Source of the DNA: Betaproteobacteria bacterium
Lineage (GTDB): Bacteria; Pseudomonadota; Gammaproteobacteria; Burkholderiales; Burkholderiaceae_C
Assembly: GCA_025358155.1 (NCBI GenBank)
Contig: JANYKR010000080.1
Span: forward strand, 16,019 to 80,018
DNA length: 64,000 nucleotides
Direction: 5' to 3'
The position numbers and the translations under genes were made by a program. Below the pieces are notes generated by a model. The model made no database searches, was not told the DNA's origin, and worked only from the letters and a program-made list of their open reading frames with translations. Within the stretch, counting starts at the first letter, position 1, and each line of letters opens with the position of its first letter. Shown here in pieces: positions 35,702 to 46,779 of the stretch.

Positions 35702-36169
35702 TTGGCCGGCCCAGCACGGCCCGGCAACGCCTGCGCCCGGTCCCGGCGCCGTCGCCCGTGGTCGATCAAGCGGCCGCCCCCGTCAGAGGCAAATCCTGGC
35801 GGGCCCCGGCGGCCAAGCCTGCAGGCGAGGCCCATCAGGCCCCATTGCAACTGCCCCAGAGGCGCCCACTCCGCATGAACATACAGGAGCGCGCCAACGT
35901 CGAATTATTTGGTTACGATATATTTTGATACTCAATTTAATTTCTGAATCAAAAATACTACCGCGAAGATTTACAGGGGCAGCCGCCCAGCCGGCGGCAC
36001 AAATTGTCACAATACAGACTTACTGACCCAGGCAGCGGATTGAACCAGTAATCGCCATCTTTTCGGCGACAAGAATTTCCCGATTCGGCCCTAAGCTAGC
36101 CGCCGACCGATGACCCACAAGGCAACGCGGTCCGCAAACGTCAACTGCGCTTGTTGACGGTGAACAGGA

Positions 36170-38131
36170 ATGCATGAAATGAGCAATTCGGAACGGGTCA
36201 GCGCTGAGCGCAGGACGTTTGTGGGTGGCGCCTTGACCTCCATGGGGCTCTTCTCCTTTTTATCGGCCTGCGGCGGCAGTGCGGCGACCGAGACCGAATC
36301 GATGTCACTGCCAGCGTCACTGCAACCGCCCTCTTACTCGCCTTTCGCGCCCCCGCCAGTTGTCTCCCCGGGGGCAGACCGGACCTCGCAGACCTACCTT
36401 TTTCAGAATGTGCCGCAGCCGTATCCAAGCGCCATCGGAGGCGCCAGTTACGCGACCGACTGGCGTGGTCCAAATTACCATTACGTGGATACTTTCGGCG
36501 GCTGGCGCTGGACCAATCCGGGCGGTGACTGGATTGACGTCAACGGCACACCGCAAGGTCCGTCGGCCTACGCATCATTCTCGGACCCTGCAGGCCCATC
36601 CGATACCTACACGACGTATTCAGCCGTCAATGTAACCGGGTTGGTACAGTATGTACAAGCCAAAAATAAATGGTGCGCATTTCATATTGCATCGACCTCG
36701 GGCGTCAGGGCCATGTGCAGCAACTGGCACGCCTCGAAACCGACCCCCCTGATTTCTGTCAATTACGCAGATGGCACCAGCGCGATGCTTGCCTGCCGAT
36801 TTGTAGGGCGCCTCAATAACTCGACCGCTTATCCGATGACCCTTGGCGATGAACCGATCATCGACCCCAATACCATTGAATTCGAGCGACCCACCAAGCC
36901 AGTGGCCAGCGCAACGCTGCGAATCACGATCATCAAGAAAAACTCGTCAGCAGCCACGATCAGGCTCAATCCCTGCAATCCGCCCGTCAATGCCGACCCG
37001 ATTTCCAATACCAGTGGGCTGGCCGCGTCGGCGGGTGTGCTGGATGCCAATATCACCAATGTCCCGGGTGTGATGGGCGCGCAGCGGTATGTCGATGGCA
37101 CTGCGCTGTCCGACTTTGCACTGGTCGGGTCGAAAAACGTGACCGCCGAGAGCCAATACGACCCAGCGTTGTGGGGCGGCACAACAGACACCTCCAAATT
37201 GCCGCACACCGCCGTCGGCAAGTGGGTCAATGCGCCGGCCGCCCTGGTGTTGGTCAACAGCAGATACACCGGTGAAGGCTTTGCGCCTCTGGCCCCGGGC
37301 CTGGGCGCGTTGAAGCTGACAATGGCCAACGAGAGCGTGCCCACAGGCACCGAGGTACGCAACAGCGGCACGGCAGCGATCATCTCTTACCTGTTCATGC
37401 CCGTTGAAAAGATGGGGCTGCTCAGCCACATCTTCACGCGTCAGTACATGCGACTCGGCACGCCCCACGTGCGCAAACCCGCTGACCGCCGCGAAGTCCT
37501 CCGGTACGGCAACCCGACGTGGAGCGACATGGGCGGCAAGATGGGTATCAGCCCATCGCACAACACCTCTTATGGCGGTTTCAGCGGCTCGTCCGGCGGC
37601 GGCGGCGGGTGGCAACTGCGCTGGGCCTGGTCTGATTGCGAAACCAATGTCGGCGGCCCGAATGAAGGTGGAATTCAACTCGGATGGCACCTGTGGGATT
37701 TCGGCACGCAGAACCCGCCAGGCTACCGCTATGGCAACGATTCCCAGGTGGTCAACAACTGGGGCCAGCGAGGTGGCCTCGGGGCGACGATGTACGCGGG
37801 TCGCTGGTACGAGATTGAAACCGAGGTCAAACTCAATACCGTCAACGCCGCCGACAACAGCTACCTGGCGGATGGCCTGCTGCGGGTCTGGATCGACGGG
37901 CGCCTGTGTTACGAGCGCACTGGCATGGTTTTCCGGACGTTGCCGCGCGCCACGCCTGCCTACAACCCGGGAGCAATGCGCCCGTTCCGTGAGTTGGGCG
38001 TCGGCTGGTTGCTGTGGAACTGGTACCACGGCGGCCTCACGGCCAGCACGGTTGAGCGCACGACGTTCACGACCGGACTGGTCTGGGCCGAGCAACGCAT
38101 CGGGGCGATGCGGGGAGCCACAACGGGCTGA
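36170..38131 (+). CDS. Uncharacterised Tat-exported lipoprotein with a C-terminal polysaccharide-lyase-like beta-sandwich region
   Basis: ERRTFV twin-arginine motif and LSAC lipobox; C-terminal GGK...GWQLRW...WYEIETEVKLN...DGLLRVWIDG...WYHGG. Visibly less GC-rich than its neighbours. Confidence 0.6.
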   Translation: MHEMSNSERVSAERRTFVGGALTSMGLFSFLSACGGSAATETESMSLPASLQPPSYSPFAPPPVVSPGADRTSQTYLFQNVPQPYPSAIGGASYATDWRGPNYHYVDTFGGWRWTNPGGDWIDVNGTPQGPSAYASFSDPAGPSDTYTTYSAVNVTGLVQYVQAKNKWCAFHIASTSGVRAMCSNWHASKPTPLISVNYADGTSAMLACRFVGRLNNSTAYPMTLGDEPIIDPNTIEFERPTKPVASATLRITIIKKNSSAATIRLNPCNPPVNADPISNTSGLAASAGVLDANITNVPGVMGAQRYVDGTALSDFALVGSKNVTAESQYDPALWGGTTDTSKLPHTAVGKWVNAPAALVLVNSRYTGEGFAPLAPGLGALKLTMANESVPTGTEVRNSGTAAIISYLFMPVEKMGLLSHIFTRQYMRLGTPHVRKPADRREVLRYGNPTWSDMGGKMGISPSHNTSYGGFSGSSGGGGGWQLRWAWSDCETNVGGPNEGGIQLGWHLWDFGTQNPPGYRYGNDSQVVNNWGQRGGLGATMYAGRWYEIETEVKLNTVNAADNSYLADGLLRVWIDGRLCYERTGMVFRTLPRATPAYNPGAMRPFRELGVGWLLWNWYHGGLTASTVERTTFTTGLVWAEQRIGAMRGATTG

Positions 38132-38180
38132 CGCTCGCTGCGCGGTGGGCCCACCCGGGCAGAGCAGCCGCTGTCGCTGC

Positions 38181-38242
38181 GCCGCCCACCGCGTCAACGC
38201 GCCGCGTTGGCGCCGCCCGCCGCGTCAGCGCGCCGCGTTGGC
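38181..38242. repeat. 31-bp tandem duplication of the maeB 3' end, including its stop codon
   Basis: Copies at 38181-38211 and 38212-38242 differ at 2 positions; both encode ANAAR* on the minus strand. Confidence 0.85.
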
Positions 38243-40519
38243 GTCGGCCACCGTCAGCGCGGTCATGTTGACGATCCGGCGCACGGTGGCCGAGGGCGTC
38301 AGGATGTGGGCCGGCTTGGCCGCCCCCAGCAGCACCGGGCCGATCGCAATGCCACCGCCTGCCGCCGTCTTGAGCAGGTTGTAGCTGATGTTGGCCGCGT
38401 CGATGTTGGGCAGCACCAGCAGGTTGGCCTCGCCGACCAGGGTGGAGCGCGGCATCAGTTCGCGCCGGTAGTCGGCATCGAGCGCGGCGTCGCCGTGCAT
38501 CTCGCCGTCCACCTCCAGCCAGGGCGCCTGGGCCTGGATCAGCGCCAGCGCTTCGCGCATCTTGATGGCCGAGGGCTGGTTGCTGGAGCCGAAGTTGGAG
38601 TGCGACAGCAACGCCGCCTTGGGCGCCACGCCAAAGCGCAGCATCTCCTCGGCCGCCAGGATGGTGATTTCGGCAAGCTGTGCGGCAGTCGGGTCGTAGT
38701 TGACATGGGTATCGACCAGAAAGACCTGCCGGCCCGGCAGGATCAGGCCGTTCATGCAGGCATAGGTCTGCACACCTGCACGCCGGCCGATGATCTGGTC
38801 GATGTGCGCCAGATGCTGGGCGGTCGAGCCCCAGGTGCCGCAGATCATGCCGTCGACCTCGCCCTTGTGCAGCAGCATGCAGGTGATCAGCGTCAACCGG
38901 CGCCGCATCTCGATCTTGGCAAACTGCTCGGTGATGCCCTTGCGCTCGGTCATCTGGTGGTAGGTCTGCCAGAAGTCGCGGTAGCGCGGGTCGTCATCGA
39001 TGTTGACGATCTCGAAGTCGCGGCCTTGCTGCAGCCGCAGGCCAAGTTTTTCAATCCTGGCGTTGATGACCGCCGCCCGCCCGACCAACCAGGGCCGCGC
39101 CAGGCCTTCATCCACCACCACCTGCACCGCGCGCAGCACCCGCCGGTCCTCGCCCTCGGCATAGGCCACGTTGCGGCGCAGCGCCCGCTTGGCCTGGCTG
39201 AAGATCGGCTTCATCGCGTTGCCCGAAGCGTAGACAAAGCTCTTGAGCTTCTCCTCGTAGGCCTCGTAGTCGGTGACCGGGCGGGCGGCCACACCCGACT
39301 CGGCCGCAGCGCGTGCCACCGCTGGCGCAATCTTCATCATCAGACGCGGGTCAAACGGCTTGGGGATCAGGTACTCGGGGCCGAACACCAGGGTGGTGCC
39401 AGCGTAGGCCGCGGCCACCACGTCGTTCTGCTCGGCCTGGGCCAGCTCGGCGATGGCCCGCACGGCGGCGATCTCCATCGCGTCGGTGATGGTGGTGGCG
39501 CCTGAATCGAGTGCACCCCGGAAGATGTACGGGAAACACAGGACGTTGTTGACCTGGTTCGGGTAGTCGGTGCGGCCGGTGGCCATGATGGCGTCGCTGC
39601 GCACCGCCTTGACCTCCTCGGGCATGATTTCGGGCGTGGGGTTGGCGAGCGCAAAGATGATCGGGTTGGCCGCCATGCCGGCCACCGCCGGGGCCTTGAG
39701 CACGCCGCCAGCGGACAGCCCCAAGAAGACATCGGCACCGACCATCGCATCCGCCAGCGTGCGGCAGGCGGTGTCCTGGGCAAACTCGCTCTTGTCCGGG
39801 TCCATCAGTTCGAGCCGGCCTTGGTAGACCACGCCCGCCAGGTCGGTGACAAAGATGTTCTTCTTGGGCAGGCCCAGCTTGACCAGCAGGTTCAGGCAGG
39901 CCAGCGCGGCAGCACCGGCGCCCGAGGTGACGAGTTTGACCTCGTCGATCTTCTTGCCCACCACCTTCAGGCCGTTGAGCAACGCGGCGCCGACGACGAT
40001 GGCGGTGCCGTGCTGGTCGTCGTGAAAGACCGGTATCTTCATGCGTTCGCGCAGCTTGCGCTCGACGTAGAAGCAATCCGGCGCCTTGATGTCCTCCAGG
40101 TTGATGCCGCCAAAGGTGGGTTCGAGCGCAGCGATGATGTCCACGAGCTTGTCCACATTCAGCTCGTTGATCTCCAGGTCGAAGACATCGATGCCGGCGA
40201 ACTTCTTGAACAGCACGCCCTTGCCCTCCATCACCGGCTTGGACGCCAGCGGGCCGATGTTGCCCAGGCCCAGCACCGCCGTGCCGTTGGTGACCACTGC
40301 TACCAGGTTGCCCCTGGAGGTGTAGCGCCAGGCATTGGCTGGGTCGGACACGATCTCCTCGCAGGCTGCGGCCACACCGGGCGAATAGGCCAGCGCCAGA
40401 TCATGCTGGTTGACCATCTGCTTGGTGGCATGGATCGCCACCTTGCCCGGGGTCGGAAACTCGTGGTATTCAAGTGCAGCACGGCGCAGTTCAGCGCGCT
40501 TTTCGTCTTGGTTGGGCAT
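38225..40519 (-). CDS. maeB: NADP-dependent malic enzyme with a PTA-like C-terminal domain
   Basis: [46 protein letters not shown]. Confidence 0.97.
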   Translation of the reverse strand: MPNQDEKRAELRRAALEYHEFPTPGKVAIHATKQMVNQHDLALAYSPGVAAACEEIVSDPANAWRYTSRGNLVAVVTNGTAVLGLGNIGPLASKPVMEGKGVLFKKFAGIDVFDLEINELNVDKLVDIIAALEPTFGGINLEDIKAPDCFYVERKLRERMKIPVFHDDQHGTAIVVGAALLNGLKVVGKKIDEVKLVTSGAGAAALACLNLLVKLGLPKKNIFVTDLAGVVYQGRLELMDPDKSEFAQDTACRTLADAMVGADVFLGLSAGGVLKAPAVAGMAANPIIFALANPTPEIMPEEVKAVRSDAIMATGRTDYPNQVNNVLCFPYIFRGALDSGATTITDAMEIAAVRAIAELAQAEQNDVVAAAYAGTTLVFGPEYLIPKPFDPRLMMKIAPAVARAAAESGVAARPVTDYEAYEEKLKSFVYASGNAMKPIFSQAKRALRRNVAYAEGEDRRVLRAVQVVVDEGLARPWLVGRAAVINARIEKLGLRLQQGRDFEIVNIDDDPRYRDFWQTYHQMTERKGITEQFAKIEMRRRLTLITCMLLHKGEVDGMICGTWGSTAQHLAHIDQIIGRRAGVQTYACMNGLILPGRQVFLVDTHVNYDPTAAQLAEITILAAEEMLRFGVAPKAALLSHSNFGSSNQPSAIKMREALALIQAQAPWLEVDGEMHGDAALDADYRRELMPRSTLVGEANLLVLPNIDAANISYNLLKTAAGGGIAIGPVLLGAAKPAHILTPSATVRRIVNMTALTVADANAAR

Positions 40520-40701
40520 GGAGCAGTCCTGGGCGAGGGGGTGTCGATTTTAGGCGTGGGGGCGGTGGTCCTGGGGCGGTGACCCTGAGGCGATCACGCG
40601 CGGCGCCGCAGGGCTTGAGTGTGGGGCCAGCGGCTACGCCGATTCATGCGCGAAACTGCGTAGCGGTTTGAATCTCAGGCCGGCAAATACTGCGCCTCAA
40701 G

Positions 40702-42840
40702 ATGTCCACCCAAGTTCCGCCAACGCAAACACCAGCGCCGCCCCCGTCGCCCACCGCGCCCACCGTGTCCGCCGTGCCCGCCGCGCCCGTTGGCGCTGCC
40801 GCGCCGTTCTGGCGCCGGACCGGACGGGGCCGCCGCACGCCCCGGGTTGTGCTCTGGGTAGCGCTGGTGGCCTTGCTGGGCGTAGCGCAGACCTTGCTGG
40901 TGATCCTGACCCTGCGCTTCGAGGAGGCCCGCGCTCAGGAGCGCAGCGACGACGTGGCCGCCGCTGCGCTGGGCGAGGTGCGGCGGCGCAGCCAGATGAT
41001 CTTGCAGGGCTTGCAAGGGCTGCAGTCCCGCAGTGCCGAGCCGCAGGCCTGGCAGCGCGACGCCGACGCGCTGCTGCGCAGCCAGCCCGAGCTGGGCCGC
41101 ATCGAGCGGCGCGGCACCGCGTTGCAGATTCAAGAAGCGGCAGAGTCGCCGCTGCGCGAACCCTTGTTTGCACGCTGGCCGCGCGCCGAGATGGACCTGG
41201 AGACCGAGGTGGCCTGCAGCGCAGCGCGCCGCGTGATGTCGCCGGTGTTTTCGCGCAGCCAGTTTGTACCGATGACCGCCGGCTTGGGCGCCGAGGTGCT
41301 GGACGTGTGTGTGCCCGCGCAGCAGGCCGGGCAGTTGGTGGGCTTCACGGTGGCCAGCATCGTGCTGCCGCTGCTGCTCGACGAGGTGCGGGTGGCCGAG
41401 GTGGGCCGCAGCCACGAGCTGTCGTTTGTCGAAGCCGATGGCACGCGGCTGGCGCGCAGCGGTGCGGTGCGCGGCGGCGGGGTGTTTGTCGCTGACCGGG
41501 TGGTCGATCTGCCCGGCACCACGCTGCAGGTGCGGGTGGACGCCGTGCAGCGTGCGCCCAGCCTGATCCCCAACCTGGCCACTGCGCTGGTGCTGGGCTT
41601 GTCGCTGGGCTTGTTCGGGCTGGTGCTGCTGCTGGTGCGCGACGGCCGGCGCCGGGCCCGCGCCGAAGACCGCCTGGCCGAGGCGCTGGCCTTCCGCAAG
41701 GCGATGGAAGACTCGCTGCTGACGGGCCTGCGCGCCCGCGACCGCGGTGGCCGCATCGTCTACGCCAACCCGGCGTTTTGTACGATGGTGGGTTACTCCA
41801 ACGACGAGCTGCAGCGCGCCGCCTTGCCGCCCTACTGGCCACCCGAGCAAGTGCCCGAGTACCAGCGCCGCCAGGCCGAGCGGCTGGCGCCCGGCGCTGC
41901 CATCGAGGCCCGGCACGAGGGCTACGAGACCGTGTTTCTGCGCCGCAACGGCGAGCGCTTTCCGGTGATGATCTACGAGGCACCGCTGGTCACGGGCACC
42001 GGCAAGCACAGCGGCTGGATGAGCGCGGTGCTCGACCTCTCGGCCCAGCGCCGGGCCGAGGACTTGTTGCGCCAGCAGCAAGAGCGGCTGCAGGCCACCG
42101 CCCGGCTGGCCAGCGTTGGCGAGATGGCCTCGCTGCTGAGCCATGAGCTGAACCAGCCGCTCTCAGCCATCGCCAGCTACGCCACCGGCTCGCTCAACCT
42201 GCTGGCCGACCCCGACCCGGCGCCGCCCACCGAAACCCTGGCCCTGATGCAGCAGGCCATGGGTCGCATCGCCGAGCAGGCCGAGCGCGCTGGCCGGGTG
42301 ATCAAGAGCGTGCACGACTTTGTGCGCCGCCGCCACCAGGCGCACGAGGTGATCGCCGCTGACTTGCTGATCGAGTCGGTGCTGCCGCTGGTGCGACTGC
42401 AGGCCCGCAAGAGCGGGGTGCGCATCGAGTTGGACTTTGCGCAGCCGGCGCCTCGGGTCAGGGTCGACCGCACGATGGTCGAGCAGGTCTTGCTCAACCT
42501 GGCCCGCAACGGCATCCAGGCGATGGAAACCGACACCCCGCTGGCGGACCGGCTGCTGCGTTTGCGGGTACGCCTGATGCCCGGCGCGCAAGGGCGTTGG
42601 GTGGTGTTCTCGGTGATCGATGCGGGCCCGGGCATCGCGGCCGATGTCGCGGCGCGGCTGTTCACGCCGTTTTTCACCACCAAAACCGAGGGCATGGGCC
42701 TAGGCTTGTCGCTGTGCCGCACGGTAATCGAGCAGCACGGCGGCGCGATGGACTTCGAGAACCTGCCGCCGGCCAACGGCGGCGGCTGCGAGTTCCGCTT
42801 CACGCTGCCGCTGGCACTGCCGCGCGCCCTGCTGGCCTGA
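40702..42840 (+). CDS. PAS sensor histidine kinase (FixL/DctS-like)
   Basis: Two TM helices, PAS, GEMASLLSHELNQPL, DAGPGI, GMGLGL. Confidence 0.92.
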   Translation: MSTQVPPTQTPAPPPSPTAPTVSAVPAAPVGAAAPFWRRTGRGRRTPRVVLWVALVALLGVAQTLLVILTLRFEEARAQERSDDVAAAALGEVRRRSQMILQGLQGLQSRSAEPQAWQRDADALLRSQPELGRIERRGTALQIQEAAESPLREPLFARWPRAEMDLETEVACSAARRVMSPVFSRSQFVPMTAGLGAEVLDVCVPAQQAGQLVGFTVASIVLPLLLDEVRVAEVGRSHELSFVEADGTRLARSGAVRGGGVFVADRVVDLPGTTLQVRVDAVQRAPSLIPNLATALVLGLSLGLFGLVLLLVRDGRRRARAEDRLAEALAFRKAMEDSLLTGLRARDRGGRIVYANPAFCTMVGYSNDELQRAALPPYWPPEQVPEYQRRQAERLAPGAAIEARHEGYETVFLRRNGERFPVMIYEAPLVTGTGKHSGWMSAVLDLSAQRRAEDLLRQQQERLQATARLASVGEMASLLSHELNQPLSAIASYATGSLNLLADPDPAPPTETLALMQQAMGRIAEQAERAGRVIKSVHDFVRRRHQAHEVIAADLLIESVLPLVRLQARKSGVRIELDFAQPAPRVRVDRTMVEQVLLNLARNGIQAMETDTPLADRLLRLRVRLMPGAQGRWVVFSVIDAGPGIAADVAARLFTPFFTTKTEGMGLGLSLCRTVIEQHGGAMDFENLPPANGGGCEFRFTLPLALPRALLA

Positions 42841-42882
42841 AAGCCGCGCCGCCAGCCGTCGCTTTGCACCATACTGCCCGCC

Positions 42883-43545
42883 ATGACACCCAAGCCGATG
42901 ACGCCGCCCCTGGGGATCCCGGTGGTCTACCTGGTTGATGACGAGGCCGTGGTGCGCGACGCGCTGGCCTGGTTGCTGCGCTCGCGTCGGCTGTTGTCCG
43001 AGGGCTATGCGCATGCCGAGGCTTTTGAGGCCTATCTGGCCACCCGCGACCTGGTCTCAGGCTGGCCCGACGCGCCGTCCTGCCTGCTGCTCGACATGCG
43101 CATGCCCGGCACCAGCGGGCTGGTGCTGTTCGAGCGGCTGGTCGAGCGCGGGCTGACGCAGGCCCTGCCGGTGATCTTTCTGACCGGCCACGGCGATGTG
43201 CCCACCGCCGTGGCCACGGTCAAGCGCGGCGCCTTCGACTTTGTCGAGAAGCCGTTCTCCGACAACGCGCTGGTCGACCGGATCGAGCAAGCGCTGGCGC
43301 AGAGCGGCCAGGCCATCCTGCGCCGGCGGGCGCAAAAGCTGCTGGGCCGCGCCCTGGCCGAACTGACCGAGCGCGAGCGCGAGGTGATGGACCGGGTGAT
43401 CGCCGGCCTGGCCAACAAGCTGATCGCCGACGAGCTCGACATCAGCGTGCGCACGGTGGAGGTGCACCGCGCCCGCTTGTTCGAAAAGATGAACGTGCGC
43501 TCGGCGGTGGAGCTGGTCAACCTGCTGCGCGAGCCGGGCACCTGA
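42883..43545 (+). CDS. FixJ/DctR-like response regulator
   Basis: LVDDE, LLDMRMPG, LTGHGDV, LTEREREV...NKLIADEL. Confidence 0.95.
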   Translation: MTPKPMTPPLGIPVVYLVDDEAVVRDALAWLLRSRRLLSEGYAHAEAFEAYLATRDLVSGWPDAPSCLLLDMRMPGTSGLVLFERLVERGLTQALPVIFLTGHGDVPTAVATVKRGAFDFVEKPFSDNALVDRIEQALAQSGQAILRRRAQKLLGRALAELTEREREVMDRVIAGLANKLIADELDISVRTVEVHRARLFEKMNVRSAVELVNLLREPGT

Positions 43546-43573
43546 ACTGGCCGCCCCGGCGACAATCCTGACC

Positions 43574-44551
43574 ATGGCCTTGGGCGAGTTCGACCTGATC
43601 CGAAAGTACTTCACCCGCCCCACGCAGCAAGCGGTGTTGGGCATTGGCGACGACTGTGCGCTGCTGCAGCCCACGCCCGGCATGCAGTGGGCGATCTCCA
43701 GCGATATGCTGGTCGAGGGCCGGCACTTTTTGCCTACCGTGCGGCCCGAGCGGCTGGGCCACAAGGCGCTGGCGGTCAACCTGAGTGACCTGGCGGCCTG
43801 CGGCGCCCGGCCGGTGGCGTTCATGTTGGCGCTGGCACTGCCCCGGGTCGATGAGCCCTTTCTCGCCGGCCTGGCCCAGGGCCTGTTCGATCTGGCCGAC
43901 CTGCACGGTATCGAGCTGGTGGGCGGCGACACCACCGCCGGGCCACTGAACCTGTGCATCACCGTGTTCGGCGAACTGCCGCCCGGCCAGGCGCTGCGCC
44001 GCGACGGTGCCCGCGCCGGTGATGCGCTGTGGGTCAGCCACCCGCCGGGCGGCGGTATCGGTGATGCCCGGCTGGCGTTGGAGGTGTTCCGCGGCCACCT
44101 CAGCCTGACAGGCGAGGAGTTTGAGCGGGTGCGCTGCGCGATGGAGCAACCCCAGCCCCGCGTCGCGCTGGGTCAGGCGCTGCGCGGCCTGGCCACGGCG
44201 GCCATCGACCTGAGCGACGGCCTGGTCGGCGACCTGGGCCATGTGCTGCGCCGCTCGGGTGTGGGCGCGCGCATCGAGGTCGATGCCTTGCCGATCAGCC
44301 CGGCGCTGGCGCGCCAGCCCAGGGCGTTGCAGCAGCAGTTTGCGCTGGCCGGGGGCGACGACTACGAGCTGCTGTTCACCGCGCCGGCCACCGCGCAGGC
44401 GCAGGCGCAGGTGCAGGCAGCGGCGGATGCTGCCGGCGTGGCGGTGCGCCGCATCGGCCAGATCGAGGCCCAGCCCGGCCTGCGCCTGCTGGACGCCCAG
44501 GGCATTGAGCTCACGCTGGCCTTGCACGGTTTTGACCACTTCAGCTGCTGA
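43574..44551 (+). CDS. thiL: Thiamine-monophosphate kinase
   Basis: GEFDLI, GIGDDCA, VNLSDLAA, GGDT, DLSDGL, GGDDYEL. Confidence 0.96.
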   Translation: MALGEFDLIRKYFTRPTQQAVLGIGDDCALLQPTPGMQWAISSDMLVEGRHFLPTVRPERLGHKALAVNLSDLAACGARPVAFMLALALPRVDEPFLAGLAQGLFDLADLHGIELVGGDTTAGPLNLCITVFGELPPGQALRRDGARAGDALWVSHPPGGGIGDARLALEVFRGHLSLTGEEFERVRCAMEQPQPRVALGQALRGLATAAIDLSDGLVGDLGHVLRRSGVGARIEVDALPISPALARQPRALQQQFALAGGDDYELLFTAPATAQAQAQVQAAADAAGVAVRRIGQIEAQPGLRLLDAQGIELTLALHGFDHFSC

Positions 44552-44553
44552 GC

Positions 44554-45198
44554 ATGACCCTCCCCGGCGCCACCGTCGCTGACTCTGCAAAAGCATCCGC
44601 GCAAGCGTCCGCCCATGCCTCCGCCCATGCCTCCGCCCAAGCGACCGCCCCAGACACCGCCCCGGCCGGCGCGCCGCCAGCCCTGCGCCGCGTCAGCCTG
44701 CGCTTTATGCTCGGCCACCCGGCGCGCTGGATCGCCCTGGGCTTTGGCAGCGGCCTGGCGCCCGGGGCACCCGGCACCGTCGGCACGCTCTGGGCCTGGG
44801 CCGCGTTTTTGGTGGCCGACCCCTGGTTGAGCGCCTCGCAGTGGGGCTGGATCATCGCGCTGTCGCTGCCCGTGGGCTGGTGGGCCTGCACCCGCTGCGC
44901 CCAGCATCTGGGCGTGGCCGACCCCGGCGCCATCGTCTGGGACGAGGTGCTGGCGTTCTGGCTGATCCTGTGGCTGGTGATGCCCACCGGCTTCTGGGGC
45001 CAGGCCGTCGCCTTTGGCCTGTTCCGCTACTTTGACGCCGCCAAACCCGGCCCGGTGGGCTGGGCCGACCGCTTGTTCAAGCTCAGGGCCGGCCAGACCA
45101 TCGGCTGGCGCCAGGGTTTCGGCATCCTGTTCGATGACCTGGTGGCCGCGCTTTGCACCCTGCTGGTGATCGCAGTCTGGCAGCGATTTCTGGCTTGA
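44554..45198 (+). CDS. pgpA: Phosphatidylglycerophosphatase A
   Basis: GFGSGL-APGTVGT, DPGAIVWDE, FRYFDAAKP, GILFDD. Confidence 0.95.
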   Translation: MTLPGATVADSAKASAQASAHASAHASAQATAPDTAPAGAPPALRRVSLRFMLGHPARWIALGFGSGLAPGAPGTVGTLWAWAAFLVADPWLSASQWGWIIALSLPVGWWACTRCAQHLGVADPGAIVWDEVLAFWLILWLVMPTGFWGQAVAFGLFRYFDAAKPGPVGWADRLFKLRAGQTIGWRQGFGILFDDLVAALCTLLVIAVWQRFLA

Positions 45199-45214
45199 CA
45201 TCGGAGCTGAACTG

Positions 45215-45778
45215 ATGAACCCGACCGCCCTGATGACCGACCTGATCCACGCCGAAGTCCAGATCCTGGCCGACGGCCTGCGGGCGCGGGGCTGGCGCAT
45301 CAGCACCGCCGAGAGCTGCACCGGCGGCCTGATCGCCGGCTTCTGCACTGACCTGGCCGGCTCCAGCGACTGGTTCGAGCGCGGCGTCGTCAGCTACAGC
45401 AATGCGGCCAAGACCGATCTGCTCGGCGTGCCGGCCGAGCTGGTCGCAGCCCAGGGCGCCGTCAGCGAGGCGGTGGCGCGGGCGATGGCCAGCGGCGCGC
45501 TGCAACGCTCACGGGCTGACCTGGCGGTTGCGGTGACCGGTGTGGCCGGCCCGGGCGGCGGCAGCGCTGTCAAGCCGGTCGGCACCGTCTGGCTGGCCTG
45601 GGCCTGGCGCCGGGCGGCGGGTGACCTGGCCACCGCCGCGCTGCTGCAGCAGTTTGACGGCGACCGCGCCGCCGTTCGCCTGGCCACAGTGAGCTGCGCC
45701 TTGCAGGGCTTGATCGACCGGCTCGATGCCGGGCCGGGCAGCGGCCCGCACGGCGGTTTGCCACAGGACGCGCCTTGA
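45215..45778 (+). CDS. CinA C-terminal domain / NMN deamidase (PncC)
   Basis: AESCTGG, GSSDWF, SYSNAAK, GAVS, TGVAGP. Confidence 0.92.
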   Translation: MNPTALMTDLIHAEVQILADGLRARGWRISTAESCTGGLIAGFCTDLAGSSDWFERGVVSYSNAAKTDLLGVPAELVAAQGAVSEAVARAMASGALQRSRADLAVAVTGVAGPGGGSAVKPVGTVWLAWAWRRAAGDLATAALLQQFDGDRAAVRLATVSCALQGLIDRLDAGPGSGPHGGLPQDAP

Positions 45779-46779
45779 ACCTGCTGCTGGCAGGCGACTT
45801 GACGGCCGACGAGCAGGCCGAATGGCTGCTGGCGCTGCGCCAGGCCTTGCCGGGTCACCGCTTGCTGCTGCCCGCCGAGGCCGCAACCGCCGCAGCGCTT
45901 GAAGGCCGGCTGCAGATCGACGCCGCCATCGTCGCCAACCCGCCGCCCGGCAGCCTGCGTGGCCTGCCCGGGCTACGCCTGATCCAGTCGCTCTGGGCGG
46001 GGGTGGACCGGCTGCTGGCCGACCCCACGCTGCCGGCCGGCGTGCCGATCGCACGCATGGTGGACCCGGCCATGACGGCGGCAATGGCCGAGACCGCGCT
46101 GTGGGCCACGCTGGCTTTGCATCGGGGCTTTTTTGGCTACGCCCGCCAGCAGCAATCGCGCTTGTGGCAGCGCCAGCCGCAGCGCCGGGCCGACGAGTGG
46201 CCGGTGCTGGTGCTGGGCCACGGCCAGATGGGCCGGGCGGTGGCGCATCGCCTGGCGCAGCAAGGCTACCCGGTGGCGGCCTGGCGGCGGGGCGCGGCGC
46301 AGGTCAACCCGCCGGCAGCCGCGCCCGAACTCAGCGCCGAACTCAGCGCCGAGCGGGGCGCCGTCCGGCTGTTGACCGGCGCCGCTGCGCTGGGCCCGGC
46401 GCTGGCGAGCAGCCAGATCGTCATCAACCTGCTGCCGCTGACCCCCGACACCCGGGGCCTGATCGACGCCCATTTTCTGGCCGGGCTGCCCCGAAGTGCC
46501 GGCCTGGTCAACCTGGCGCGCGGCGCGCACCTGGTCGATGTCGACTTGCTGGCGGCACTGGCCAGCGGCCAGATTGGCCATGCGGTGCTGGATGTCTTCA
46601 ACACCGAGCCACTGCCGGCAGACCATGCCTACTGGCAACATCCGCAGGTGACGCTGTTGCCGCACGCCGCCGCCGCCACCGATGCCCGCAGCGCTGCCGC
46701 AGTCGTGGCACGCAACATCGAGGCCCTGGCCACCGGCCAGCCGCTGCATGACCTGGTCGCCCGCGACGCGGGTTACTGA
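45775..46779 (+). CDS. Glyoxylate/hydroxypyruvate reductase A-like 2-hydroxyacid dehydrogenase
   Basis: WAGVD, LGHGQMG, NLLPLT, NLARG, LDVF...EPL, PH. Confidence 0.9.
   Translation: MNLLLAGDLTADEQAEWLLALRQALPGHRLLLPAEAATAAALEGRLQIDAAIVANPPPGSLRGLPGLRLIQSLWAGVDRLLADPTLPAGVPIARMVDPAMTAAMAETALWATLALHRGFFGYARQQQSRLWQRQPQRRADEWPVLVLGHGQMGRAVAHRLAQQGYPVAAWRRGAAQVNPPAAAPELSAELSAERGAVRLLTGAAALGPALASSQIVINLLPLTPDTRGLIDAHFLAGLPRSAGLVNLARGAHLVDVDLLAALASGQIGHAVLDVFNTEPLPADHAYWQHPQVTLLPHAAAATDARSAAAVVARNIEALATGQPLHDLVARDAGY

Noticed and set aside
38181-38242. att-site duplication from integration of the Tat lipoprotein gene at maeB
   Set aside because: The two copies are adjacent rather than flanking the gene, so this is a local tandem duplication.
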